Virus record (IMG/VR): IMGVR_UViG_3300002026_002465
Location: 64,001 to 128,000 of that record
Source of the DNA: a virus
Length of the DNA stretch: 64,000 nt
Strand: one strand, 5' to 3'
The notes beneath the pieces were generated by a model. The model was given only the letters and a program-made list of their open reading frames with translations. It was not told where the DNA came from and did no database searches. Position numbers and translations under genes: made by a program. This document shows positions 37,606-46,199 of this stretch, one piece after another (the stretch's first letter is position 1; each line of letters opens with the position of its first letter).

Positions 37606-38800
37606 TTTTTATTTCATCCTTTAATAGTTCTGATATTTTTAGTCTATTTTTATTAAAAAACTCTGATAACCCTTTATTAAACTCACAAGTTGCATCATCA
37701 ATAATACCTTTTCCATATTTTTGATATGAAAAGCTTAAGCATCCATAATCGCAAAATGCTTGTGAAGAACAAAGATTACATTTTCTTTCTATAACTGCAT
37801 CTGCTTTTGATCTATGAAATTGCCACATTTTATGTGTATGTATTAATTCACCAACATCTTTAGACGTTACATTGCCTGATGATACATTATTACTTTTTTC
37901 AGAATTTCTACCACAAAAAAGAGTTGTTCCATCTGGTTCAACTTCTAATATTCCATTTCCAGCACCACAATATCTCGTATAGCATATATCTCCAACACTT
38001 ATTTCTTGACCAAAACTAATGTTTTCAATATATTTTTTCATTTTATTATATAGAGTTTCTTCTTTAAAGCCCTTATTGTCAAACATAAAATTAATTATTT
38101 TTATTGATGCTTCTAAATTTTCTTGTGCTGTTAACTCAAATTCACTTCCAGTATTTGCAACATCAACAGCCCTATTAATTTTAATAGAATTAAAACCCAT
38201 TGATTGTATCATTCTTAAATCATCAACTATTGTTAAATGATTTTGTTTGTGTAAAATAGATAATAAACCTGGTTGTAATCCATAACCTCTTAATTTTATT
38301 ATATTTTCTAATAATTTACCATTTGCATTCCTATTAGAATCAGAAATTCCAAACCCATCAAAACTCACTCCAGGACTTATATTATATCTTCTAAATATTC
38401 CAATCCATTCATCGTCAATTAAAGTGCCATTTGTTTGCAAAGATATTGCAAGCATTTTTCCATGCTCTCTTGCAAGTTGTGTTGCAATTTTACAAAATGC
38501 AGAAAACTTTTCTTTACCTATTTTTAGTGCTTCCCCTCCATGAAAAACTAAACTTAGTGGATTCCATTTTTGGAGATTTTCAGTTTTAGTATCAGAATTT
38601 AAAGCATCTATTAAACTTTGTTGAGATTCTATATTACCGTGAGATGTTTCTAAAAACCACCTTCTAATAGTATTCTCAAACACCTCATATGACATTGATT
38701 CTTCACTATAGTCATCTTTATGAAACACATAACAATATGAGCACCTTAAATTACACCCTCTTGTAACTTTTAGAATTACTTGTCTAGTATTTTGAAACAT
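37577..38800 (-). CDS. radical SAM/SPASM peptide-maturase-like enzyme
   Basis: KVTRGCNLRCSYC, FHGGE, LQTNGTLID, CYTRYCGAG, VEPDG..LFC, CNLCSSQAFCDYGC...C (full SPASM spacing; anSME/3-CyFE-like). Confidence 0.9.
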   Translation of the reverse strand: MFQNTRQVILKVTRGCNLRCSYCYVFHKDDYSEESMSYEVFENTIRRWFLETSHGNIESQQSLIDALNSDTKTENLQKWNPLSLVFHGGEALKIGKEKFSAFCKIATQLAREHGKMLAISLQTNGTLIDDEWIGIFRRYNISPGVSFDGFGISDSNRNANGKLLENIIKLRGYGLQPGLLSILHKQNHLTIVDDLRMIQSMGFNSIKINRAVDVANTGSEFELTAQENLEASIKIINFMFDNKGFKEETLYNKMKKYIENISFGQEISVGDICYTRYCGAGNGILEVEPDGTTLFCGRNSEKSNNVSSGNVTSKDVGELIHTHKMWQFHRSKADAVIERKCNLCSSQAFCDYGCLSFSYQKYGKGIIDDATCEFNKGLSEFFNKNRLKISELLKDEIKNESYLNYFM

Positions 38801-38801
38801 T

Positions 38802-39089
38802 TTATTCTCCTATTGTTTTATGCTCATTAAAACCAGATTCACCTATTGGATTTTCAGACTGAATTTTTTCAGATTCAGAAGTAAAATTTTCAATATGACC
38901 TATTAACCTATCAAAACAAACGTCACAATACAAAGATGTTGTTTTTCTACACATACTAGCATCCATTTCACTTTGATTTGTATTTGGGTCTTTAATCCAT
39001 GTTTTAAAATCTATAACTATTTCATGATAATATCTATTTTTATAGATGTTTTTACCACAACCGTCACATTCAACTACTGAGTATTTCAT
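38802..39089 (-). CDS. small CxxC...CxxC metal-binding protein (paralog of 45975-46199)
   Basis: VECDGCGKNI...IVIDFK...LYCDVCFDR; AGGAG SD. Confidence 0.75.
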   Translation of the reverse strand: MKYSVVECDGCGKNIYKNRYYHEIVIDFKTWIKDPNTNQSEMDASMCRKTTSLYCDVCFDRLIGHIENFTSESEKIQSENPIGESGFNEHKTIGE

Positions 39090-40123
39090 AATTTCTCCTT
39101 TGTGTATTCATTAAATTCATCTTCTAATATTTTAATTCCAACCATTATAGAGCAAAAAACATCTCTTGATTCTTTAAACGCTGCATAACATCCTGTTCTA
39201 CAAAAATCTTTTGCTTTACAATCTTCACATGTTTTATCATAAAAATCATTTGATTTAATTTTATCATAATTTGTAACATTAAATTTCATATTAGGAAAAT
39301 CATTAAGATTTAAATATATTTTTTTCTTATCATATTCTAGACCACAATGGGATATTTCACCAGATGGAAAAACTGAAAAAGATAGATGTTTATCAAGACA
39401 GTATTGCTTATTTTTAGTTATAAAATTTAAAAAATCTAAACTGCCAAACTCCAATGCTGTTTTAGCAAATTGTTTTAATAGTGTTTGAACAAAATTCTTT
39501 GCATCTTTTTTAGGTGAAAAGAAATCTATTGAAGTTGAGTGTTCTAATTTTAATGAGTCAAGAAACTTTTTATCTTCTAAAAAAGATCCAGCATTATTTT
39601 CTGATATTGTCCTATTAATAAAAACTTTATTTGGAAATATAGATGCAAACGTCATTAGATTGTTTATTGTTTTATTAAATGATCCTAATCCTCTAACCTT
39701 ATCATGAGTGATTTCACTACTATCTAATGATATGCTTATTTCACTATACATTGCTCCCATAAATTCAATTTGTTCTTTACTATAATCTAAAGTTAAATTT
39801 GTAACAAGAGATAATTCACAGTTTGGTATAGACTTTAATATTAATGTATAATTATAAAAATATTGCCAGTCTAATGTGGGCTCGCCACCATTTATTAAAA
39901 TATGTAATGTATTATCAGGGTGTCTATACATATTAATCATTTGTGTAAAATTATAAAAATTTTCTATTGAAAGCTTTTCTTTTGTATTTTTATGAAATTT
40001 ATTTTCATTATTTTTATGCACACAATAATTACAATTTAAATTACAATCAAAAGATGGAAATATAGTAACATCATCTATTCTTATTTCATTTTTTATAGGA
40101 TTATCAACCTCAAAATAGCTCAT
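39086..40123 (-). CDS. radical SAM/SPASM enzyme
   Basis: CNLNCNYC, INGGEPT, ISLDS...HDKVRG.GSF, CLDK...VFPSGEISHC, CEDCKAKDFCRTGCYA...C. Confidence 0.9.
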   Translation of the reverse strand: MSYFEVDNPIKNEIRIDDVTIFPSFDCNLNCNYCVHKNNENKFHKNTKEKLSIENFYNFTQMINMYRHPDNTLHILINGGEPTLDWQYFYNYTLILKSIPNCELSLVTNLTLDYSKEQIEFMGAMYSEISISLDSSEITHDKVRGLGSFNKTINNLMTFASIFPNKVFINRTISENNAGSFLEDKKFLDSLKLEHSTSIDFFSPKKDAKNFVQTLLKQFAKTALEFGSLDFLNFITKNKQYCLDKHLSFSVFPSGEISHCGLEYDKKKIYLNLNDFPNMKFNVTNYDKIKSNDFYDKTCEDCKAKDFCRTGCYAAFKESRDVFCSIMVGIKILEDEFNEYTKEKL

Positions 40124-41058
40124 TTTTTCTCCTTATCAACCATATTTTTAAAATCATTTTCATCATCAAGAACCTCATTTCTATTTACAATATATCTTGC
40201 TCTAACTGTATCGGAGTTACAATCAAGAACTGAAAATTTATAATTTTTATTTATTACCTCTTCCATTATATCATATACAAGACCTTCATCATATAGATGA
40301 TAGTTTAGATTTTTATACATTCTTCCTTCTGGATAAATAGAATTTACTTTTTGAATATTCATTGGAGTTATATCTATTTCATCTAAATTTAAATGTTTGA
40401 CCCCAATAGAATCAAAAAGTTTAATTGCTTCAAACAACTTATCTCTATTGAGCATCCATGATGGTTCTTCTACTGTTACTCTAAATCCATTTTTTGCTGC
40501 ATGTTCCATGTTATTATATACTTTAATTGAAAAATCACTTGCACTTATATGAAATCTTATTTCTTCAATATCTAAATCTTTTAATATTTGAGTGTTATTC
40601 ATATCATATAAAATACCTGTAGTGTATATTCTTTTATGAATATTAATATTTCTTTTTGTTTCAATCTGTTTGATAATTTTTGAGGTTGATAAATAATGTT
40701 CTAAATATAAAAAAGGCTCTCCAATTGAATTATAACATATATTTGATGGAGAGTAATTCTCATCAAAAAGTTTTGAATAATAAAATTCATTTGTATTTAT
40801 AATATCTTTCTCTATTGATTTACTTTCATCAGTATTATTGTGTAATGTTGTGTAATAACACATTGGACATTGAAATGGACATTTATTTCCAATAAAAATA
40901 CTTTTTCTACATGCCTTTTCAGTAAAACATCCTTCACATCCTGGAGATATTTTGCCTATATGAGAAGCAAAACCATTTGCATGAAGTATAAGATTTGGTA
41001 TGTTTTTTTGTCTTAAATATTTTTCATTTAATATAGTTCTGAAATCAACTAAAATCAT
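40120..41058 (-). CDS. radical SAM enzyme (GKISPGCxxC subtype; paralog of 32180-33100)
   Basis: GKISPGCEGCF, CPFQCPMCYY, EIRFHISASDFS, VEEPSW, LYDEGLVY all shared with 32180-33100. Confidence 0.85.
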   Translation of the reverse strand: MILVDFRTILNEKYLRQKNIPNLILHANGFASHIGKISPGCEGCFTEKACRKSIFIGNKCPFQCPMCYYTTLHNNTDESKSIEKDIINTNEFYYSKLFDENYSPSNICYNSIGEPFLYLEHYLSTSKIIKQIETKRNINIHKRIYTTGILYDMNNTQILKDLDIEEIRFHISASDFSIKVYNNMEHAAKNGFRVTVEEPSWMLNRDKLFEAIKLFDSIGVKHLNLDEIDITPMNIQKVNSIYPEGRMYKNLNYHLYDEGLVYDIMEEVINKNYKFSVLDCNSDTVRARYIVNRNEVLDDENDFKNMVDKEKK

Positions 41059-41849
41059 GGTATCCTTTTAAAAACACTTGTATTCATTTCAAGAAAATTA
41101 AATTGTGTGCTTCCTTCATAAGAAGGATTTAACAATCTATCAACATCACTGCTCCAATAAAATATTGAATTTGTTCTATTTTTTGAAAAATAGAGATTGC
41201 TCATTATATCTAAAGTTTCATAGCTGGATATATACCAGTTTATATTTTTATAAATCTTATTATCATAAAATTTATTTTGATTATTTACTTCAACATCTCT
41301 TAGGATGATATAATTAAATTTATCAATAATACTTTCTAATAATGTATAATCTTCTTGAGAATATTTAATAAGAGGAATTTCTAATACTGAATTAGATACA
41401 ATATATTTATAATTAAAATCACTCTGAAAAGTATATCTAGTTTCATTTAAGTTAGGATAAATACCATCACTATTAACATATCCAAATGTGTATGTAGATT
41501 CATTTAATAAATCATTATATTCATTTATATAATTAAATGTTTTTATATCAGCATAACCATTTACTGATACAATATGAGGAGATGATTTATTAATTCTAAC
41601 ATAATTAGAAAGATTTTCTAATCTCCACGTTATATGGTCTGATAATTTAGAATTATAATAATTTGCATAATATTGCACTTCTAATAAATATTGAATATAT
41701 TCAGACTTTGGTATAGAGAAAAAGTCTATAAAAGAATAAGGAATATTACCTTTATAAATACAATACCCTGAGTAGTCAGAAATATATGGATATTTTAATA
41801 TAGTCTTATATTTATTTATAAATTCATCTTGAAAATTAATTTTAATCAT
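41055..41849 (-). CDS. degenerate (cluster-less) paralog of the GKISPGC-type radical SAM enzymes
   Basis: N-terminus (YCIYKGNIP vs CIHIGKISP) and central segments (SDF..K, V.EIP, LRDVEV..N) align by eye with 40120/32180, but no CxxxCxxC. Confidence 0.5.
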   Translation of the reverse strand: MIKINFQDEFINKYKTILKYPYISDYSGYCIYKGNIPYSFIDFFSIPKSEYIQYLLEVQYYANYYNSKLSDHITWRLENLSNYVRINKSSPHIVSVNGYADIKTFNYINEYNDLLNESTYTFGYVNSDGIYPNLNETRYTFQSDFNYKYIVSNSVLEIPLIKYSQEDYTLLESIIDKFNYIILRDVEVNNQNKFYDNKIYKNINWYISSYETLDIMSNLYFSKNRTNSIFYWSSDVDRLLNPSYEGSTQFNFLEMNTSVFKRIP

Positions 41850-41868
41850 TGTTATATTAACTATGCTT

Positions 41869-43185
41869 TTATTTTGAATTAATTATATTCAAAAACTCAT
41901 TAGTTTTATCTAATAATTGCGTATTAAAGTATTCTCCTTTTGATTGAATATTAATATTCAAATTTTTTTTATATTCAAATGTACCCTCATATTCTTTTAA
42001 ATATAGAAATGATTCGAATATATATAAATACAAACCACTTATATTAGGAATATTAGAAATATATTTAAAAAACTCAGTAATTATTTCAGAATCTGATTTA
42101 TAATCATTTATATCAAATTGTTTAAAATATACAGGCTCTTTATTTTTATAAACTTCAATATATTGAAAATCTTGACCTATTTTAGAATAAATATCCACAA
42201 TGTTTTTCATTCTACCAGGTTTAATCTTATTTTCTATTTTAGAACCTATACCTAAAATAGAAAATGTTGGTTCAGATTTTAATATATCATCTTGACTTTT
42301 ATACTGTGGATATATCTTATTTATAAATAAATTTAAAGGTATTGTATTTTTTATTAAATTTACCTTATTAAACTCTCGTAAAATATTAAAAATTTTTTCA
42401 TAAGACAAAGTTTCATCTTTAAATTTAAAAAGTCCAGATGGATAATATCCAAATTTTTTACAAAATTCTAAAATAAATATACAATATGTTTTATATAAAT
42501 CTTCTGATGGATATAATTCCTTATTATTTTTATCTGAAAAACTATAATCAATTGCTAAATTAATTTCATCTACACCCATGGAAGCAACATTAAACATATC
42601 ATAAATCATTTTTTCTACATGATCTTTTTCTTTCCAAAAGATTATAAAGTCGGTTAAAACATATATATTTTGTTTTTTAAAATCTGAAATAATTTTAGGA
42701 ATATTCTCATAATTTTTATATATCCTATTTTGCTTTTTTAAATATTCTTTATCAAAAGTCTGTATACAAAGAATAATAGAGTTAAAGTTGTATTCGCCAA
42801 GAAGTAACGATTGTTCTTCTATATAAGCAGACGGATGAATTTCCATTAGTTTTGATTCTATTTGTTTAAAATTTGGAATTTTTTCAAAAACCATTCTCAT
42901 GTCATCTATAGACATAATATTAGCCGTTCCGCCACCAAAACAATATGTTTCAATTTCTGAATTCGCAATTATATTAGAATAAAAATCAATTTGAGATATT
43001 AAATATGTAATATAATCTTGATATTTAGTACTTTCTTCATAATTTTGAGATATTATTGAACCATGAAAAGGACAATATAAGCAATTAGTGAAGCAAAATG
43101 GATTATGCACATAAACTCTTACAGGAGTGTTATTAAACTCCCATAAATCTAAAATAGATTCTTTTAATATTTCTTGTAGTTTCAT
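41869..43185 (-). CDS. HemN-like (class C) radical SAM enzyme
   Basis: VYVHNPFCFTNCLYC, CFGGGTA, MEIHP, ILCIQTF, ILGIGS. Confidence 0.85.
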   Translation of the reverse strand: MKLQEILKESILDLWEFNNTPVRVYVHNPFCFTNCLYCPFHGSIISQNYEESTKYQDYITYLISQIDFYSNIIANSEIETYCFGGGTANIMSIDDMRMVFEKIPNFKQIESKLMEIHPSAYIEEQSLLLGEYNFNSIILCIQTFDKEYLKKQNRIYKNYENIPKIISDFKKQNIYVLTDFIIFWKEKDHVEKMIYDMFNVASMGVDEINLAIDYSFSDKNNKELYPSEDLYKTYCIFILEFCKKFGYYPSGLFKFKDETLSYEKIFNILREFNKVNLIKNTIPLNLFINKIYPQYKSQDDILKSEPTFSILGIGSKIENKIKPGRMKNIVDIYSKIGQDFQYIEVYKNKEPVYFKQFDINDYKSDSEIITEFFKYISNIPNISGLYLYIFESFLYLKEYEGTFEYKKNLNINIQSKGEYFNTQLLDKTNEFLNIINSK

Positions 43186-43194
43186 TATAAGAAA

Positions 43195-43220
43195 TATGCT
43201 TTTTCAAATGAAAAAGCATA
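43195..43220. promoter_or_regulatory. perfect 12-bp inverted repeat in the divergent promoter of the radical SAM island
   Basis: TATGCTTTTTCA-AA-TGAAAAAGCATA in the 65-bp gap between divergent starts 43185(-) and 43251(+). Confidence 0.6.
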
Positions 43221-43250
43221 AATTTATGTTTTTTTTCATAAGATAATAAT

Positions 43251-43709
43251 ATGATAAAAATAACAACTATTGATAATATATATGAAGTGCTGCAAGATAC
43301 TACAAGTGTTGAAGAAAGATGTGAAATTGCTATAAAATTAATTGATACTATTATTAAAGATAATTTCAATGAGTATTATATAATTTTTTTAGATAATTAT
43401 AACGTTCCAGTTCAGTGGAGTGATTTTGAGAATTTTTGTATAAAAGAAAATTTAGATTTTGATAAATATAAAAAGTTGACTAATCAATGTTTCGATAAAG
43501 CAACATTATATTTAGAAGTTGTTGATCTAGAAAAAATAAAAATCAACTACCCAAAGGATAAATTTCCAAAAGATGTAAATAACTACACTCCTTATGGATA
43601 TAGTAACTATCCAAATAGATTCAGAATTTATAATAGAGACATCGCCATGGATCTTATTAAAAACTACTCTCTACAAGAACTAGAAAAGTATAGTCATGAT
43701 TTATCATAA
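43251..43709 (+). CDS. hypothetical accessory protein (paralog of 34640-35101)
   Basis: 152 aa vs 153 aa; shared segments by eye; first gene of the rightward operon. Confidence 0.75.
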   Translation: MIKITTIDNIYEVLQDTTSVEERCEIAIKLIDTIIKDNFNEYYIIFLDNYNVPVQWSDFENFCIKENLDFDKYKKLTNQCFDKATLYLEVVDLEKIKINYPKDKFPKDVNNYTPYGYSNYPNRFRIYNRDIAMDLIKNYSLQELEKYSHDLS

Positions 43710-43746
43710 GTAAGGCATATTTTAGTAGTTAGTAATAGAGGTAAAA

Positions 43747-44718
43747 ATGCTTAAATGTTTAGATCTTGAAACGGAAAACACCAATGATTATTGGGGTTCA
43801 ATAATTATTTATGGGCACCAAAAATGTATGAATACTTGTTTGTTTTGTTCAGGTAAAAACGAATCAATTGATGATGATACTATAAAATATAAAAAAGCAA
43901 TTTATGATGCTGATTATTTAATAAGTAGTGGTGTAAATAAAATAGAAATATCTGGTGGAGATCCAGGTGAATTTAGTATGATTGTTGATGTTGTGTCTTA
44001 TTTAAAAACTAAAGGTATTAAAACAATTCAATTATCAACACACGGAAGAACTCTTATTAATGAAAATTTTGTAAAAAAATTAAAGGATGCAGGTGTTACT
44101 TTGTTTAAAATACCATTATATGGTAGCACACAAGAAATACATAATAAAAGTGTCCAGGTTGATAATTCAATAGATAATGCTTTTTCAGACACAATTACAG
44201 GTATTAAAAATTGTAATAAACATGGCATGAGTATAATAGGATATATTTTATTAAATCAATATAATAAAAATGATATTACAAATATAGTAAGATTATATTT
44301 AAGCATCTCAAATTATATTTATAAAATAATAATAGGAATAACATTTATTTCAACTGTTGAATATAGTTATACAAGAGATTGGTTTTTACCAATAAAAGAT
44401 ATGAAACCATATCTTGAAGATATATTGATTGAATTTTCTAAAAATAATATAAATTTTGAGATGATTGATATTCCTTATTGTGCTATTGGTAAGTATTCTG
44501 AAAATATAGATAATAGACTTATTTTTCCAAATCTTGGAAATCATAAAGTAGAAGAACAAAATAGATCAACAATTTCAGATTTTATTCCTCATTATAGAAT
44601 TAAATCATATTTTAATGAATGTAATTCTTGTAACTTAAAAAATCTATGTAGTGGTATTCCAATCAATGAAATTAAAATGTTTGGAATATATGGACTTGAA
44701 GGAGTTGGAAGTGTTTAG
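43747..44718 (+). CDS. radical SAM enzyme with C-terminal CxxC-x5-C motif
   Basis: CMNTCLFC, ISGGDPG, LSTHGR, DIPYC, CNSCNLKNLCSGI; GAGG SD. Confidence 0.85.
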   Translation: MLKCLDLETENTNDYWGSIIIYGHQKCMNTCLFCSGKNESIDDDTIKYKKAIYDADYLISSGVNKIEISGGDPGEFSMIVDVVSYLKTKGIKTIQLSTHGRTLINENFVKKLKDAGVTLFKIPLYGSTQEIHNKSVQVDNSIDNAFSDTITGIKNCNKHGMSIIGYILLNQYNKNDITNIVRLYLSISNYIYKIIIGITFISTVEYSYTRDWFLPIKDMKPYLEDILIEFSKNNINFEMIDIPYCAIGKYSENIDNRLIFPNLGNHKVEEQNRSTISDFIPHYRIKSYFNECNSCNLKNLCSGIPINEIKMFGIYGLEGVGSV

Positions 44719-45973
44719 ATTTACAGATTTAATTATATTTAGATTAACAAGGGGGTGTAATCTAAATTGTAAATATTGTTTTATGCAAAATAAAGAAGAA
44801 TATAAAAATGAAAAAATAGATTTTGAACTTTTTAAAAAAATAATAGATAGAATTATAGAACAAAGACTAATAAATTCAAAACATACACAACTATCACTTG
44901 TTTTTCATGGTGGAGAATTTTTAACTATAGGGAAAAAAAGCCTGTATGAAATTTTAGAATATACAACTGCCCAAATGAATCTAAATAATATAGATTGTGA
45001 ATTAGGTTGTCAAACAAATGGGGTATTATTAGATGATGAAATTGCAAAAATATTAAGTAAATTTAGTGTAGGAATAGGACTTAGTTTTGATGGTGTAAAT
45101 GGTTCTAATGACTTGCGTGATATTAAACAGGAAATATTTGAAAGCAAGTTTGAAATATTAAAGAAAAATAAAAACAATTTTGGTTTTCTTATCATTGCAA
45201 ACAAATCTAATATTGATAAAATCCAAGATTCACAAGATTATATTAAAAAGTTAAATAGAACAAATGGATATAAAATAAATTATTCTGAAGATATGATAAA
45301 TCCTGGTGAAAACAGTGAAATAGAAGTCTCTGGTAAAGAAATGTTTGAGAAAGTTTTTAAGCCAGAATTATTACGTATTTTAAAAGGAGAACAACCTGAA
45401 GAACATAACACAAAAGAACTTTTAACAAAAGCAATAATAGATATTTTATCATATCATGAAAATGGCACAAAATCAGGTTGTGGCACTAAATGGTGTGGTG
45501 CTGGTATCTCAATGATAGCAATAGAGCCTGATGGTGAAATGGATTATTGTGATAGATATTCCAAAAAATTTTCTGAAACATATATTCAACATGCTTTAGA
45601 TTATGATTTTTTAGGTATATATCAATTAAATAAAATGATACAATACAATAAAATGAAAGCTAAATTATATAATAATTATGAGTGTGATACTTGTTATGCT
45701 GATTATATATGTAATCATGGTTGTGAATCATTTTATTATTCTAAATATGGTGAATATGGAATTGATACTAGACTAGTGTGTGATCAGTATAAAATGTTTT
45801 ATAGTTTTGTTCTAGAAAATATTGTTGAATTTGTTAAAAAACGTGAAATTGTTTCATATGCAAATGATACTATAATTAAGATTAGACCAAACATTAATTA
45901 CTTATTTTTTTCTTATGGAATTGACTTGATAATAACAGATGATAAAAAAAGCATAATTATTAAAAGGACATAA
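44711..45973 (+). CDS. radical SAM/SPASM enzyme (paralog of 37577-38800)
   Basis: GTG 44711 after GGAG gives MFRFTDLIIFRLTRGCNLNCKYC, matching the paralog's MFQNTRQVILKVTRGC; FHGGE, CGTKWCGAG, IEPDG..YC, CDTCYADYICNHGC. Confidence 0.9.
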   Translation: MFRFTDLIIFRLTRGCNLNCKYCFMQNKEEYKNEKIDFELFKKIIDRIIEQRLINSKHTQLSLVFHGGEFLTIGKKSLYEILEYTTAQMNLNNIDCELGCQTNGVLLDDEIAKILSKFSVGIGLSFDGVNGSNDLRDIKQEIFESKFEILKKNKNNFGFLIIANKSNIDKIQDSQDYIKKLNRTNGYKINYSEDMINPGENSEIEVSGKEMFEKVFKPELLRILKGEQPEEHNTKELLTKAIIDILSYHENGTKSGCGTKWCGAGISMIAIEPDGEMDYCDRYSKKFSETYIQHALDYDFLGIYQLNKMIQYNKMKAKLYNNYECDTCYADYICNHGCESFYYSKYGEYGIDTRLVCDQYKMFYSFVLENIVEFVKKREIVSYANDTIIKIRPNINYLFFSYGIDLIITDDKKSIIIKRT

Positions 45974-45974
45974 C

Positions 45975-46199
45975 ATGAATAAAAATTATTGTACTAGATG
46001 TAAAAATGAAATTATAGATATGGCAATTATAGTTGATTTTAAAATAAGTGTTGGAAGAGTAAAAAATAGTGGAATATTTGAAAACATTCCAAATCTTGAA
46101 AACAACTCAAGAGAAGTTTTATGTGATGATTGTTTTAACAAGTTTTCACTTTTAATGGAAGGCTTAAATATAAAATACAATAAAAAAGTGGAGAATTAA
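45975..46199 (+). CDS. small CxxC...CxxC metal-binding protein (paralog of 38802-39089)
   Basis: NYCTRCKNEI...IIVDFK...VLCDDCFNKF; AAGGA SD. Confidence 0.75.
   Translation: MNKNYCTRCKNEIIDMAIIVDFKISVGRVKNSGIFENIPNLENNSREVLCDDCFNKFSLLMEGLNIKYNKKVEN

Noticed and set aside
32066-38240. Plus-strand ORFs within the leftward radical-SAM operon (32066, 33377, 34539, 34764, 35713, 38019)
   Set aside because: Antisense shadows of motif-bearing genes; no SD or recognisable motifs.
31086-43185. Calling the HemN-like genes true coproporphyrinogen III oxidases for heme synthesis
   Set aside because: No other tetrapyrrole genes are present, both copies are highly diverged, and HemN-like proteins commonly act as class C methyltransferases or have other roles.
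31086-46199. Island as a DNA-hypermodification (7-deazaguanine/QueE-type) or cofactor pathway
   Set aside because: No QueC/QueD/FolE/DpdA, kinase or transferase partners recognised, whereas several enzymes have peptide-maturase-type SPASM motifs next to a repeat protein. Not fully excluded without HMM searches.
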